Shown: piece by piece, positions 1 through 8,212 of the stretch
Position numbering within the stretch: position 1 is the stretch's first letter
How the letters are laid out: each line of letters begins with the position of its first letter
Source of the DNA: Planctomycetota bacterium
Lineage (GTDB): Bacteria; Planctomycetota; Phycisphaerae; Phycisphaerales; UBA1924
Length of the DNA: 64,000 bases
Direction: 5' to 3'
Assembly: GCA_039187315.1 (NCBI GenBank)
Contig: JBCCZQ010000004.1
Span: 10,675-74,674 of the forward strand
The notes under the pieces: model-generated
The model's database searches: none
Seen by the model: only the letters and a program-made list of their open reading frames with translations
What the model was told of the DNA's origin: nothing
Position numbers and translations under genes: made by a program

Positions 1-97
1 GCGTGTCGCACGTGATCGTAGCGGCCGCGGCGTGTGCGGCTGCGGCGCGTCGTATGCGGAGATTCGCTGGCTGGTCGGGTTCGGATGAGCCTGCTCT

Positions 98-934
98 TCA
101 GCGTCGACGGCGTGCGGCAGCGAGGCCTGCCAGCCCGAGCACCGCGGCCGAGCCGGGCGCGGGGATGACTCCGAAGCTGAGGTTATCGATGGCGCCCGAG
201 CCGCCGAGGTTGAGCACCACCTGATCGAAACCGACGGGCGGGCTCTGCTCGCCGGCGGGCCCGTTGAAGAAGTCTTCAGGGTTGAAGGTCCCCACGCGGT
301 TGAGCGTGTTGTTGCCGAAACTCAGCAAGGGGTCAAAGAACTGCGATTCCGGGTCGACGAGTTCTGTCAACGCTACGGTGCCGATGACATCCTCATCGCT
401 GATGAAATCGATCGTGCTTGTCTCGGTGACCACGCCTTCGATGTCGACCAGGTCGAAGGAGAAGGCCGTGATGGGCTGGTCGAAACTCAGGACGAGCTGG
501 CCCGCTGGTCGTGCGCCCTCGTCGTCGGGGTCATCGACGATCCCGTCGTTATTTTCATCGACAAGGTTTTCGGGGACGATGACCACGTTGCCCAGGACGG
601 TGTCGATTGGCAGGTTGCCGCCTGCCCACGGCGGGCCTTCCAGATCCGGGTCGGCTGTGTTGATGAACTGGGTATCAAAGATGATCGGGCTGGCGCCTGG
701 CAGGCGGAAATTGACCGCCTCGATGGTCAGGCCCTGATCGGCAAACGTGTCGTTGTTGATGATCTGGCCGTGCTGGAGACCATCGAAGGCGATGGTCTGC
801 GCACCGGCTCTGGCTGCCGCTGTCCCCGCTGCCATGGCGACGGAGGTGGCGGTGATCGCAGCGGCCACAAAGGTGGTCCGGTTGGTAATTGCCTCGAACA
901 TCTCTTCGGCCTCCGCAGTCGTCCCACCAACCAC
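98..934 (-). CDS. PEP-CTERM sorting-domain secreted protein
   Basis: The C-terminus ...GVIPAPGSAAVLGLAGLAAARRRR has a P-A-P motif, a hydrophobic helix and an Arg cluster, which is the classic PEP-CTERM/exosortase signal. The N-terminus has a signal-like segment TFVAAAITATSVAMAAGTAAA. The true start may be the internal Met (MFEAITN, about 901). Confidence 0.75.
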   Translation of the reverse strand: MVGGTTAEAEEMFEAITNRTTFVAAAITATSVAMAAGTAAARAGAQTIAFDGLQHGQIINNDTFADQGLTIEAVNFRLPGASPIIFDTQFINTADPDLEGPPWAGGNLPIDTVLGNVVIVPENLVDENNDGIVDDPDDEGARPAGQLVLSFDQPITAFSFDLVDIEGVVTETSTIDFISDEDVIGTVALTELVDPESQFFDPLLSFGNNTLNRVGTFNPEDFFNGPAGEQSPPVGFDQVVLNLGGSGAIDNLSFGVIPAPGSAAVLGLAGLAAARRRR

Positions 935-1110
935 GAGGGCTCTGTTGGTTCTCGGGCCTTGGGGGTCACCGCGCAGGCAGATCGGTCCAAGACAGGGGCA
1001 ACATGCCCTGCCTTAGGCGAACGGCCAGCAAACGTGAGAGAAATTCCGTCTGTACGGTCTGCACCGGCGGCCAACGCGGTCGGAGTGGGCCAGGCAGCCC
1101 TGCTCGGGCC

Positions 1111-2547
1111 TCAGCCGCCGCTGAGGGCGAAGACCGCCTGGGTGCCGCTGCCTGCCGCGAAGAGCAGTGGACCGGCCAGGGTCCATCTCGCCGGTACACC
1201 TCGGGCGGCGAGGGCAGCGATAACGAGCCCGAGCAGCAGGACCATCGGCTCGACGTAGCGTGTCCAGGCCTGGCTGTTGACGGTGACGCTCGCGGTAAAC
1301 GCGGCGAGCACACCGAGCAGGATCAGCGCGTCCCTCGACCTGAGGCAGGCGAAGCCGAGCGCGAACATGGTTGCGCCCAGCACGGTCAGCCCGCTGTGGA
1401 GCAGGGAGCGATCGGCGATGACCGGGCCAACCTTCGCCAGCGCCCACGCGCCGGTCCAGCGGCCGGCTTCCTTGTCGAAGCTCGAGGGCGTGACGATGGC
1501 CAGCGCGAGCCCGACGATCAGGCCGAGCAAGCCGATCCGCAGCGCTCGCTCTCGGATGGACCGGTTGGTCATCAGCCGCTGGAAGACTGGGGTCATCAGC
1601 AGCGGCAGCGCTACGCCCGCGACGGCGAGCAGGTGGGCAGCGCTGGCGGGGTTCAGGCCATCGTGAGTCGAGATGCCCGGGATGGCCGAGCGGGTATGCG
1701 CCTGGAATTCGGGCGGGACGGGTCCGTTCCAGAGGGTAAAGAGCCAGGCGACAACCGCGAAAGCAGGCAGGGTCGCCGCGATGGCCAGCGCGGTCCGGGG
1801 CAGGCGGACCGACCAGTCCCAGGACCAGTGCGCGGGGAGCACGGCGAGCAGGCCCGTGCGGGGGTCGATGTCGGCGGATGCGAACGCGTCGGGATCTTCG
1901 GGCTTTTCTGGTGCGCGTGGCGGCCTGGGGCCCAGCCACGCGAGTATCCAAGCGATCGCGGCGGCCCAGAGGTGGCTCTGGCGAACAAAGACAAGCAGCG
2001 TGGTGAGCGCGGCTACTGCGGCGATGGCACGCCATGACGAGCGGTTGCTGCCGACGGCGAGCAGGACGAGCGCGGCGACGAGCAGCCATGCCGAGCCCTC
2101 TGGTAGCGTGAGGATCAGCTGCGGCATGAGGTAGTTGGAGCCGAGCAGCGCGAGCCCACCGGCGATGGCCCAGGCGACGCCGACGCGTCGGGTGAGCCAC
2201 CAAACGACGAGCATGGCGAGCATGACGGTCGTCTGGCCGGAGAGCGCGCGGAGAAATGGCCCATCGAGCCCGAGCCAGCGTTTGGCGGCAGCGAGTGCGA
2301 GGTGGTGGCCCGGTGCACTGGCGGCCTGGTAATCCGTGAGATCCGGGGTGGGCAACTGCTCGGCGAACGTATCGACGGTCGGGCCGTGGTACAAGGTGGC
2401 GTCGAAGACAACCGGTCCTGTCAGTTGGACGGCAGCACCGAACCAGGCGAGTTGGATGAGCCACGCGATGGCTGCGATCAGCCCCGCGGCGAGCAGGGCG
2501 GAGGTTCCGGAGCGCGAGCTGGGCGAGGCTGTTGGCTCAATAGACAC
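1111..2547 (-). CDS. Polytopic integral membrane protein (possible GT-C-type glycosyltransferase)
   Basis: The long ORF carries at least 10 hydrophobic helices (e.g. LLAAGLIAAIAWLIQLAWF, VMLAMLVVWWL, LLVAALVLLAVG, LGLIVGLALAIV). I trimmed the track ORF (to 2733) to the GTG at 2547 (VSIEPTAS...), because the upstream part is Arg-rich and would overlap the divergent gene. The function is inferred only from topology and the neighbouring gene. Confidence 0.55.
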   Translation of the reverse strand: MSIEPTASPSSRSGTSALLAAGLIAAIAWLIQLAWFGAAVQLTGPVVFDATLYHGPTVDTFAEQLPTPDLTDYQAASAPGHHLALAAAKRWLGLDGPFLRALSGQTTVMLAMLVVWWLTRRVGVAWAIAGGLALLGSNYLMPQLILTLPEGSAWLLVAALVLLAVGSNRSSWRAIAAVAALTTLLVFVRQSHLWAAAIAWILAWLGPRPPRAPEKPEDPDAFASADIDPRTGLLAVLPAHWSWDWSVRLPRTALAIAATLPAFAVVAWLFTLWNGPVPPEFQAHTRSAIPGISTHDGLNPASAAHLLAVAGVALPLLMTPVFQRLMTNRSIRERALRIGLLGLIVGLALAIVTPSSFDKEAGRWTGAWALAKVGPVIADRSLLHSGLTVLGATMFALGFACLRSRDALILLGVLAAFTASVTVNSQAWTRYVEPMVLLLGLVIAALAARGVPARWTLAGPLLFAAGSGTQAVFALSGG

Positions 2548-2627
2548 GGTTGTCGCCGATCGCAGGTGCCGAGGGGCTCGAGGATGCCGGCAGCGGTGCT
2601 TCCGGCGCAGCGGGCTAGACTGGCGCC

Positions 2628-3626
2628 ATGCCGCCCGCTGGCTCGATGATACGTGACCTGTATGCGCTGGCGCGTTTCCGGCAGTGGGGCAAGGGCGGGT
2701 TCGTACTGATCGGACCTTTTTATGCTGTCGCACAGGGTGACGCGGCGCTCGATCTATCGCTGGTTGCAGCCGCGCTGATCGCCTTCGTGGCTTTCGGGCT
2801 GGCGTCGAGCGGGTGCTATGTCGTCAATGACATCCGCGATCGGGACAGGGACGCGCAGCACCCTCGGAAGCGTTCGCGGCCGATCGCCAGCGGGAGGGTG
2901 TCCCCCGGCAGAGCCCGGGTGTTCGCGGTGGGTCTGCTGGCGGCGGCGGCCCTGTGTGTTTGGCTTGGTCCGATAGTCACTGGGGCAGCGCTCGTGGAGC
3001 CGTGGTGGGTTGCCGGGCTGCTGTTGTTGTACGTGCTGAACGTGATGGCGTACACGGCGATTCTGAAGCAGCGGGTGATCCTGGATGTGGTGAGCCTTTC
3101 GAGCGGGTTTGTGCTGCGGGTGCTCGTCGGATGCGCCGCGGTGGGGGTGGCGCCCTCGACCTGGCTGCTGAACTCGACGCTGTTCCTGGCGATGTTCTTA
3201 GCGTTTGGGAAACGGTTGGGTGAGCGTCGGACGATGGCTGCCGAGCACGTAGACGCCTCGGAGGTTCGGGCGGTGCAGCAGGCATATTCGGATGACCTAC
3301 TCCGGATGGCGGTGGTGATGACCGGGGTGGGGACGCTGGTGACCTACGCGGGCTACGTGCAGGATCAGGAGGCGCGTTGGGGGCCGTCGCTGGACGCGGT
3401 GGCGGCGGGCGGCGCGTGGGGGATGAACTGGCTGTGGCTGACGATGCTGCCGGCAACTTACGGGCTGCTGCGCTGTATCGTGCTGCTGGAACGCGGCCGG
3501 TACGACGACCCGACCGAGCTGGCGGTACGCGATCGCGGCGTCCAGCTGGCGGGGATGGCTTTCGTAGCTGTGGTCCTCGTCTTGGTGGTCTGGGGTGGCC
3601 CTTCAGGGGGAACTCCTGCGGTCTGA
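2628..3626 (+). CDS. UbiA-superfamily prenyl/phosphoribosyl transferase, decaprenyl-phosphate phosphoribosyltransferase-like
   Basis: The motif NDIRDRDRDAQHPRKRSRPIASG (NDxxDxxxD followed by HPxKRxRPIAxG) matches my recollection of the DPPR-synthase (Rv3806c-type) branch of the UbiA family. The protein has about 8 TM helices. Confidence 0.75.
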   Translation: MPPAGSMIRDLYALARFRQWGKGGFVLIGPFYAVAQGDAALDLSLVAAALIAFVAFGLASSGCYVVNDIRDRDRDAQHPRKRSRPIASGRVSPGRARVFAVGLLAAAALCVWLGPIVTGAALVEPWWVAGLLLLYVLNVMAYTAILKQRVILDVVSLSSGFVLRVLVGCAAVGVAPSTWLLNSTLFLAMFLAFGKRLGERRTMAAEHVDASEVRAVQQAYSDDLLRMAVVMTGVGTLVTYAGYVQDQEARWGPSLDAVAAGGAWGMNWLWLTMLPATYGLLRCIVLLERGRYDDPTELAVRDRGVQLAGMAFVAVVLVLVVWGGPSGGTPAV

Positions 3627-3846
3627 CGGCACGCCGAAGCGTGCGCATCAGACGGTGAGGGCCGGAATGTCTCGCGTCGGGGCGTCCGGTTGGTCGAGAG
3701 TGCAACGGGTCGGCGACGGCCTTCGAAGCCGATGGAGGCGAGCCGGCGCGTCAGGGCGCTGGTGACGGTCGAGCCCAGATTCGGCCCCGATTCGGCCCAG
3801 ACTCGACTCAGACTCGGGCCGGGCTTAGGCCGGGCTCAGGACAGGA

Positions 3847-6717
3847 GTGTGCGACATGCGGATGGATGGTCTTGTCGGTGTTGGGAAACGGCTGAGCATG
3901 GTCTCGGCGGCGGTGCTGGCGATCGGGTCGGTCTCGGCCCTGGCCCAGGGCGAAAAGAAGCCCGAGTTCCCGCCGTTTAAGGATGTCTCGGAGGGCTTCG
4001 ATAAGGTGGTCTCCACGGTCGGTGAGGATTCGAGCCTCTACTCGATCTGGATCGACCGCAAGACGGGGCAGATGCTGGCCGAGTTGCCTCGTGGCTATGA
4101 GCGGCAGCGTCACTTCTTCGCGATGACCGTCGGTTCGGGCGAGATCTTTGCGGGTCTCCAGGGTCGTGACCTGTACACGTACTGGAAGCGGTACAACAAG
4201 CGGATCGCGCTGATGGCCCCAGAGGTGCAGACGCGTTCGACGGGCGACCAGGAGTCGAAGGACTCTGTGCAGCAGATCTTCACGGACCGTGTCTTGCTGG
4301 ACGTGCCGATCGTCTGCATGGGTCCGAACGGCCAGCCGGTGATCGACCTGGACAACCTGCTGGCGGGCAAGGCGTCGACGTTCTTCGGCAGCTCGGCCCG
4401 CGGGGCGAACACGAACCTGCTCAAGGTGGTCAAGGCCAAGGCGTTCCCGCAGAACATCGAAGTCGCGATCGAGATGCCGACATCCGGCGGCATCCTCAAG
4501 GAGTTCCATTACTCGATCAGCAACGTCGTGGGCTCAAGGGATTACGAGCCGCGGAGGGCAGACCAGCGGATCGGTAATTTCACGACGGCGTACAGAGACC
4601 TCGGCAAGTTCACCGACGACGACGTCGTGGTTCGATATGTGAATCGCTGGAACCTCACGAAGCGCGATCCTTCGCTCAAGCTCAGCCCTCCCAAGCAGCC
4701 AATCGTGTACTACATCGAGCACACGGTGCCGGTGCGGTACCGGCGGTTCGTCCGAGAGGGCGCTGAGTACTGGAACCGCGCGTTCGCTGAGCAGTGCGGC
4801 ATCCTCAACGCGATCGAGATCCGTCAGCAGGACAAGGCCAGCGGCTCGCACATGGAAAAGGATCCGGAAGATGTCCGCTACAACTTCATCCGCTGGCTGA
4901 GCAACGACATCGGAACTGCGATCGGTCCGAGCCGTGCGCACCCGGAGACAGGCGAGATCCTCGACGCGGATGTGATCCTGACCGATGGCTGGATCCGGTA
5001 CTTCAATTATCAGTACAACGACCTGCTGCCCGAGGTGGCGATCGAGGGATTCAGCCCGGAGACGCTGGCATGGCTTGAGCAGAATCCGGACTACGACCCG
5101 CGCATCCTGATGGCACCCCCGGCGCAGCGTGACTTCCTGCTGGCCGAGCGTGAGAGCCGGGGCGTGCTGCGTTATGGGGGGCACCCAGCGGCGGCCGCAG
5201 ACGGATTGCTCTACGGTGATGACGAATATGACGGGCTGGCGAATGTGCACAGCCAGTTCAACGGCTTCTGCATGGCTTCACGCCGCAAGGCTATGGATCT
5301 GGCCATGATGGCCATGCACATGTCCATGGCCGGCGAGCTGATCATGGATGACGAGGAGACGGCCGAGGACCCGGCTGATCTGATCGACGGCATGCCGGAC
5401 TGGTTCATCGGCCCGATGCTCGCCGACTTGGTTGCGCATGAGGTCGGGCACACGCTCGGCTTCAGCCACAACTTCAAGGCATCGAGCCAGTACACGTTCG
5501 ATGAGATCAATTCCGACGCCGTCAAGGGCCGAGCGTTTACGGCGTCGGTCATGGACTACAACCCCATCAACATCTATTTCCCCGAAGGCGGTCTTGAGGC
5601 GATCAAGAACGGCGATGCCATGCAGGGCGACTACGCGATGTCTGACATCGGGATCTATGACGAGTGGGTCATCGCCTACACGTACGGGGACAACCCCGAG
5701 GAAACTATCAAGCGAGGCGCGACGGAGAACATCCCGTACGCGAATGACCTGGACACCTGGGGTATCGACCCGCTGGCTCGGCGCTACGATTTCAGCGCCT
5801 GGCCGCTGGATTATGCCGAGAACCAGATGCGGCTGAGCTCGTATTACCGCGAGCGGCTGCTGACCAACTTTGTCGAGGACGGCGAGAGTTGGGCGAAGGC
5901 GCGGCAGGGTTTCCAGATCACGCTCAACCAGCAGATGGGCGCGGTCTCGACCATGGCCAACTGGATCGGCGGCGCCTACGTGCAGCGGGATAAGAAGGGC
6001 GACCCGGACGCTCGCCCGCCGCTGGATGTGGTTGAAGCCGAGAAGCAGCGTGCCGCGCTTGGGTTTGTGCTCGAGAACGGGCTGCGTACCGAGGCGTACG
6101 GCCTGTCGCCGGAGCTCATGCGTTTCCTGACGACGGATATCTGGTGGGACCGCTGGTCGAACATGTTCGCCGACCGCGATTTCCCGGTGCACGACCGCGT
6201 GAACGCGATGATGGGCTCGACGCTGACGATGGTCATGAACCCGACAACGCTCGGGAACGTGTTCGACAACGAGTTCCGGGTCGAATCGGGTGAGGACGTG
6301 ATCACGCTTCCCGAGGTGATGCAGTCCACCGTCGACGAGGTCTTCAGCGAACTCGGCGAGACGCCGAGCAAGACCTATTCGGCTCGCGAGCCGATGATCG
6401 ACAGCTTCCGCCGGAATCTGCAGCTCGGCATGATCGACCGCCTGATCGGCTTTACCAAGCCGGGTGCGATGTTCGGTGCGGCTGCGACGCCGGTACGCAC
6501 GCTCAGCGCTCACCATCTGCGTGAGATCAAGGGCGATGTCGATGCCGCTCTGGAGCACGCTGGTAAGCTCGACCCGTACACGCTGAGCCATCTCAGCGAG
6601 GCATCGGTCCGGATCGACCGTGCGCTCAACGCGAGCTACATCTACAACACCCGGGACATCGGAGGCGGGACGGTGATCTTCCGCATGGGTCAGACGGCCG
6701 GGGACGGCATCGAGTAG
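3847..6717 (+). CDS. Secreted zinc-dependent metalloprotease (met-zincin, large DUF-type family)
   Basis: There is a signal peptide (LSMVSAAVLAIGSVSALAQGE) and an HExxH zinc site extended as AHEVGHTLGFSHNF followed by SVMDY. The 956 aa ORF shows strong GC3 codon bias. Confidence 0.85.
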   Translation: MCDMRMDGLVGVGKRLSMVSAAVLAIGSVSALAQGEKKPEFPPFKDVSEGFDKVVSTVGEDSSLYSIWIDRKTGQMLAELPRGYERQRHFFAMTVGSGEIFAGLQGRDLYTYWKRYNKRIALMAPEVQTRSTGDQESKDSVQQIFTDRVLLDVPIVCMGPNGQPVIDLDNLLAGKASTFFGSSARGANTNLLKVVKAKAFPQNIEVAIEMPTSGGILKEFHYSISNVVGSRDYEPRRADQRIGNFTTAYRDLGKFTDDDVVVRYVNRWNLTKRDPSLKLSPPKQPIVYYIEHTVPVRYRRFVREGAEYWNRAFAEQCGILNAIEIRQQDKASGSHMEKDPEDVRYNFIRWLSNDIGTAIGPSRAHPETGEILDADVILTDGWIRYFNYQYNDLLPEVAIEGFSPETLAWLEQNPDYDPRILMAPPAQRDFLLAERESRGVLRYGGHPAAAADGLLYGDDEYDGLANVHSQFNGFCMASRRKAMDLAMMAMHMSMAGELIMDDEETAEDPADLIDGMPDWFIGPMLADLVAHEVGHTLGFSHNFKASSQYTFDEINSDAVKGRAFTASVMDYNPINIYFPEGGLEAIKNGDAMQGDYAMSDIGIYDEWVIAYTYGDNPEETIKRGATENIPYANDLDTWGIDPLARRYDFSAWPLDYAENQMRLSSYYRERLLTNFVEDGESWAKARQGFQITLNQQMGAVSTMANWIGGAYVQRDKKGDPDARPPLDVVEAEKQRAALGFVLENGLRTEAYGLSPELMRFLTTDIWWDRWSNMFADRDFPVHDRVNAMMGSTLTMVMNPTTLGNVFDNEFRVESGEDVITLPEVMQSTVDEVFSELGETPSKTYSAREPMIDSFRRNLQLGMIDRLIGFTKPGAMFGAAATPVRTLSAHHLREIKGDVDAALEHAGKLDPYTLSHLSEASVRIDRALNASYIYNTRDIGGGTVIFRMGQTAGDGIE

Positions 6718-6756
6718 GACCCTCCGGCACCAAACCGACGGTCGGATACTTCAATG

Positions 6757-6788
6757 CCGGGCTCCCTCGCGGAGCCCGGTTTTTTGTT
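6757..6788 (+). terminator. Rho-independent terminator of the metalloprotease gene
   Basis: A perfect 9-bp stem CCGGGCTCC/GGAGCCCGG (6757-6765 / 6771-6779) with loop CTCGC is followed by TTTTTTGTTG. Confidence 0.7.
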
Positions 6789-6964
6789 GTGATGTGCCGG
6801 TGCTCGCGTCGTCGCGCGAGCGGTTGCGCGGAGCTGTTCGCGTTGGGCGCTCTGGCCGCGGTGCGCCGCCGCCCTCTGATCAGCAAACACGGCAGATGCA
6901 TGCCGGCGGATGCCTCGTTCTGAGTGCCCGTTTCAGCCAAAGGCGCCCGGACGGTATCAACGTA

Positions 6965-8206
6965 TCAGATGATCCGCGAGGTGAACGCGCGTGCCTCGGC
7001 GTCGGCCTTCTTGATCGCATCGAGCGATTCGGCTGGCTCGGGCTGGACCGACCCGAAGGCCTCGGCGACCACCTCGGTGACGCGTCCGAGGCGGAGGCGT
7101 GATCCGTCGGCGTTGGCCGGATCGAGGAAGGCGGCGACGGCGGTCTCGTTAGCGGCGTTGAGGATCGCGCCGGCGGTTCCGCCGCGGCGCATCGCTTCGA
7201 ACGCGAGGCCGAGCATGGGGAAGCGGTCGGCGTCGGGCTCGCGGAACTCCAGCGTGCCGAGCTTCGCGAGGTCGAGACGGTCGCTTGATAGAGCGGGCGC
7301 GTGCACACCGCCGAGCAGGGCGTACTGGATCGCGGTTCGCATGTCCGGCGTACCAAGCTGGGCGAGCACGGCGCCGTCGTCGAACTCGACGAGGGAGTGG
7401 ACGGTGCTGGTCGGGTGGATGAGCACGCCGAGGCGCTCTGGCGGCATGCCGAAGAGCCAGCGTGCCTCGATGGCTTCGAAGCCCTTGTTCAGGAGCGTGG
7501 CGCAATCGACGGTGACCTTGGGGCCCATGCTCCATGTCGGGTGCGCGAGGGCGTGCTCTGGTGTGGCGGCGGCGATGGCGTCGCTCGTCGCGTCGCGCAG
7601 CGCCCCGCCGCTGGCGGTGAGAGTCATGCGCGCGACGCCGGCCGGCGCTTCCAGAGGCGGTCGAGCGGGCGTGTGCTGCGCGCCGGCGAGGCACTGCCAG
7701 AGCGCGGAGTGTTCGGAATCGACGGGCAGCAGCGATGCGCCGTGCGCCCGCGCGGTGCTCACGACCAGTTCGCCCGCGGCGACGAGCGTTTCCTTGTTTG
7801 CCAGCGCGACATCGATGCCCAGCTGGAGTGCCGCGAGCACGGGGTCGAGGCCGGCGATGCCGACGATTGAGGCCATGACCAGGTCGATGCCGCCGTCGGC
7901 GTGCGTTGCGCGGATCAGGTCGGCGGCGGCGGTGGGGCCGTCGGTTTCGGCACTGACGGGCGGACAGCGGAATTCCCGGGCCTGCTCGCTGAGGGTGTCA
8001 GACGCCCGGCCTGCGGCGATGCCGACGACCTCGAAGCGCGGCTGTCCGCCGAGGGCGTTGTGATGGCGGACCACATCGAGCGTCTGTGTGCCGATCGAGC
8101 CGGTGGAGCCGAGCACGATCAGGCGCGTCGGGCGGTCCGCGCCGGCGCGGATGCCGGTCTCGTCTTGAACCCCGGTGTGGGTCTCGGCCTGGGTATCGGC
8201 GGGCAC
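6965..8206 (-). CDS. dxr: 1-deoxy-D-xylulose-5-phosphate reductoisomerase
   Basis: The NADPH site LIVLGSTGSIGTQTLDVV is present, along with the conserved blocks LANKETLV, DSEHSA, HPTWSMGPKVTVDCATLLNKGFEAIEA and IHPTSTVHSLVEF. Confidence 0.92.
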   Translation of the reverse strand: MPADTQAETHTGVQDETGIRAGADRPTRLIVLGSTGSIGTQTLDVVRHHNALGGQPRFEVVGIAAGRASDTLSEQAREFRCPPVSAETDGPTAAADLIRATHADGGIDLVMASIVGIAGLDPVLAALQLGIDVALANKETLVAAGELVVSTARAHGASLLPVDSEHSALWQCLAGAQHTPARPPLEAPAGVARMTLTASGGALRDATSDAIAAATPEHALAHPTWSMGPKVTVDCATLLNKGFEAIEARWLFGMPPERLGVLIHPTSTVHSLVEFDDGAVLAQLGTPDMRTAIQYALLGGVHAPALSSDRLDLAKLGTLEFREPDADRFPMLGLAFEAMRRGGTAGAILNAANETAVAAFLDPANADGSRLRLGRVTEVVAEAFGSVQPEPAESLDAIKKADAEARAFTSRII

Positions 8207-8212
8207 GGTGGG

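Noticed and set aside
3-224. 73-aa + ORF at the window edge
   Set aside because: It is antisense to the PEP-CTERM gene tail and is Ala/Arg-rich noise.
1013-2464. 483-aa minus-strand ORF (and 889-2037 + ORF)
   Set aside because: These are alternative frames over the polytopic membrane gene. They are extremely Arg/Pro-rich (RRRARPARRR...), whereas the 1111-2547 frame gives coherent TM helices.
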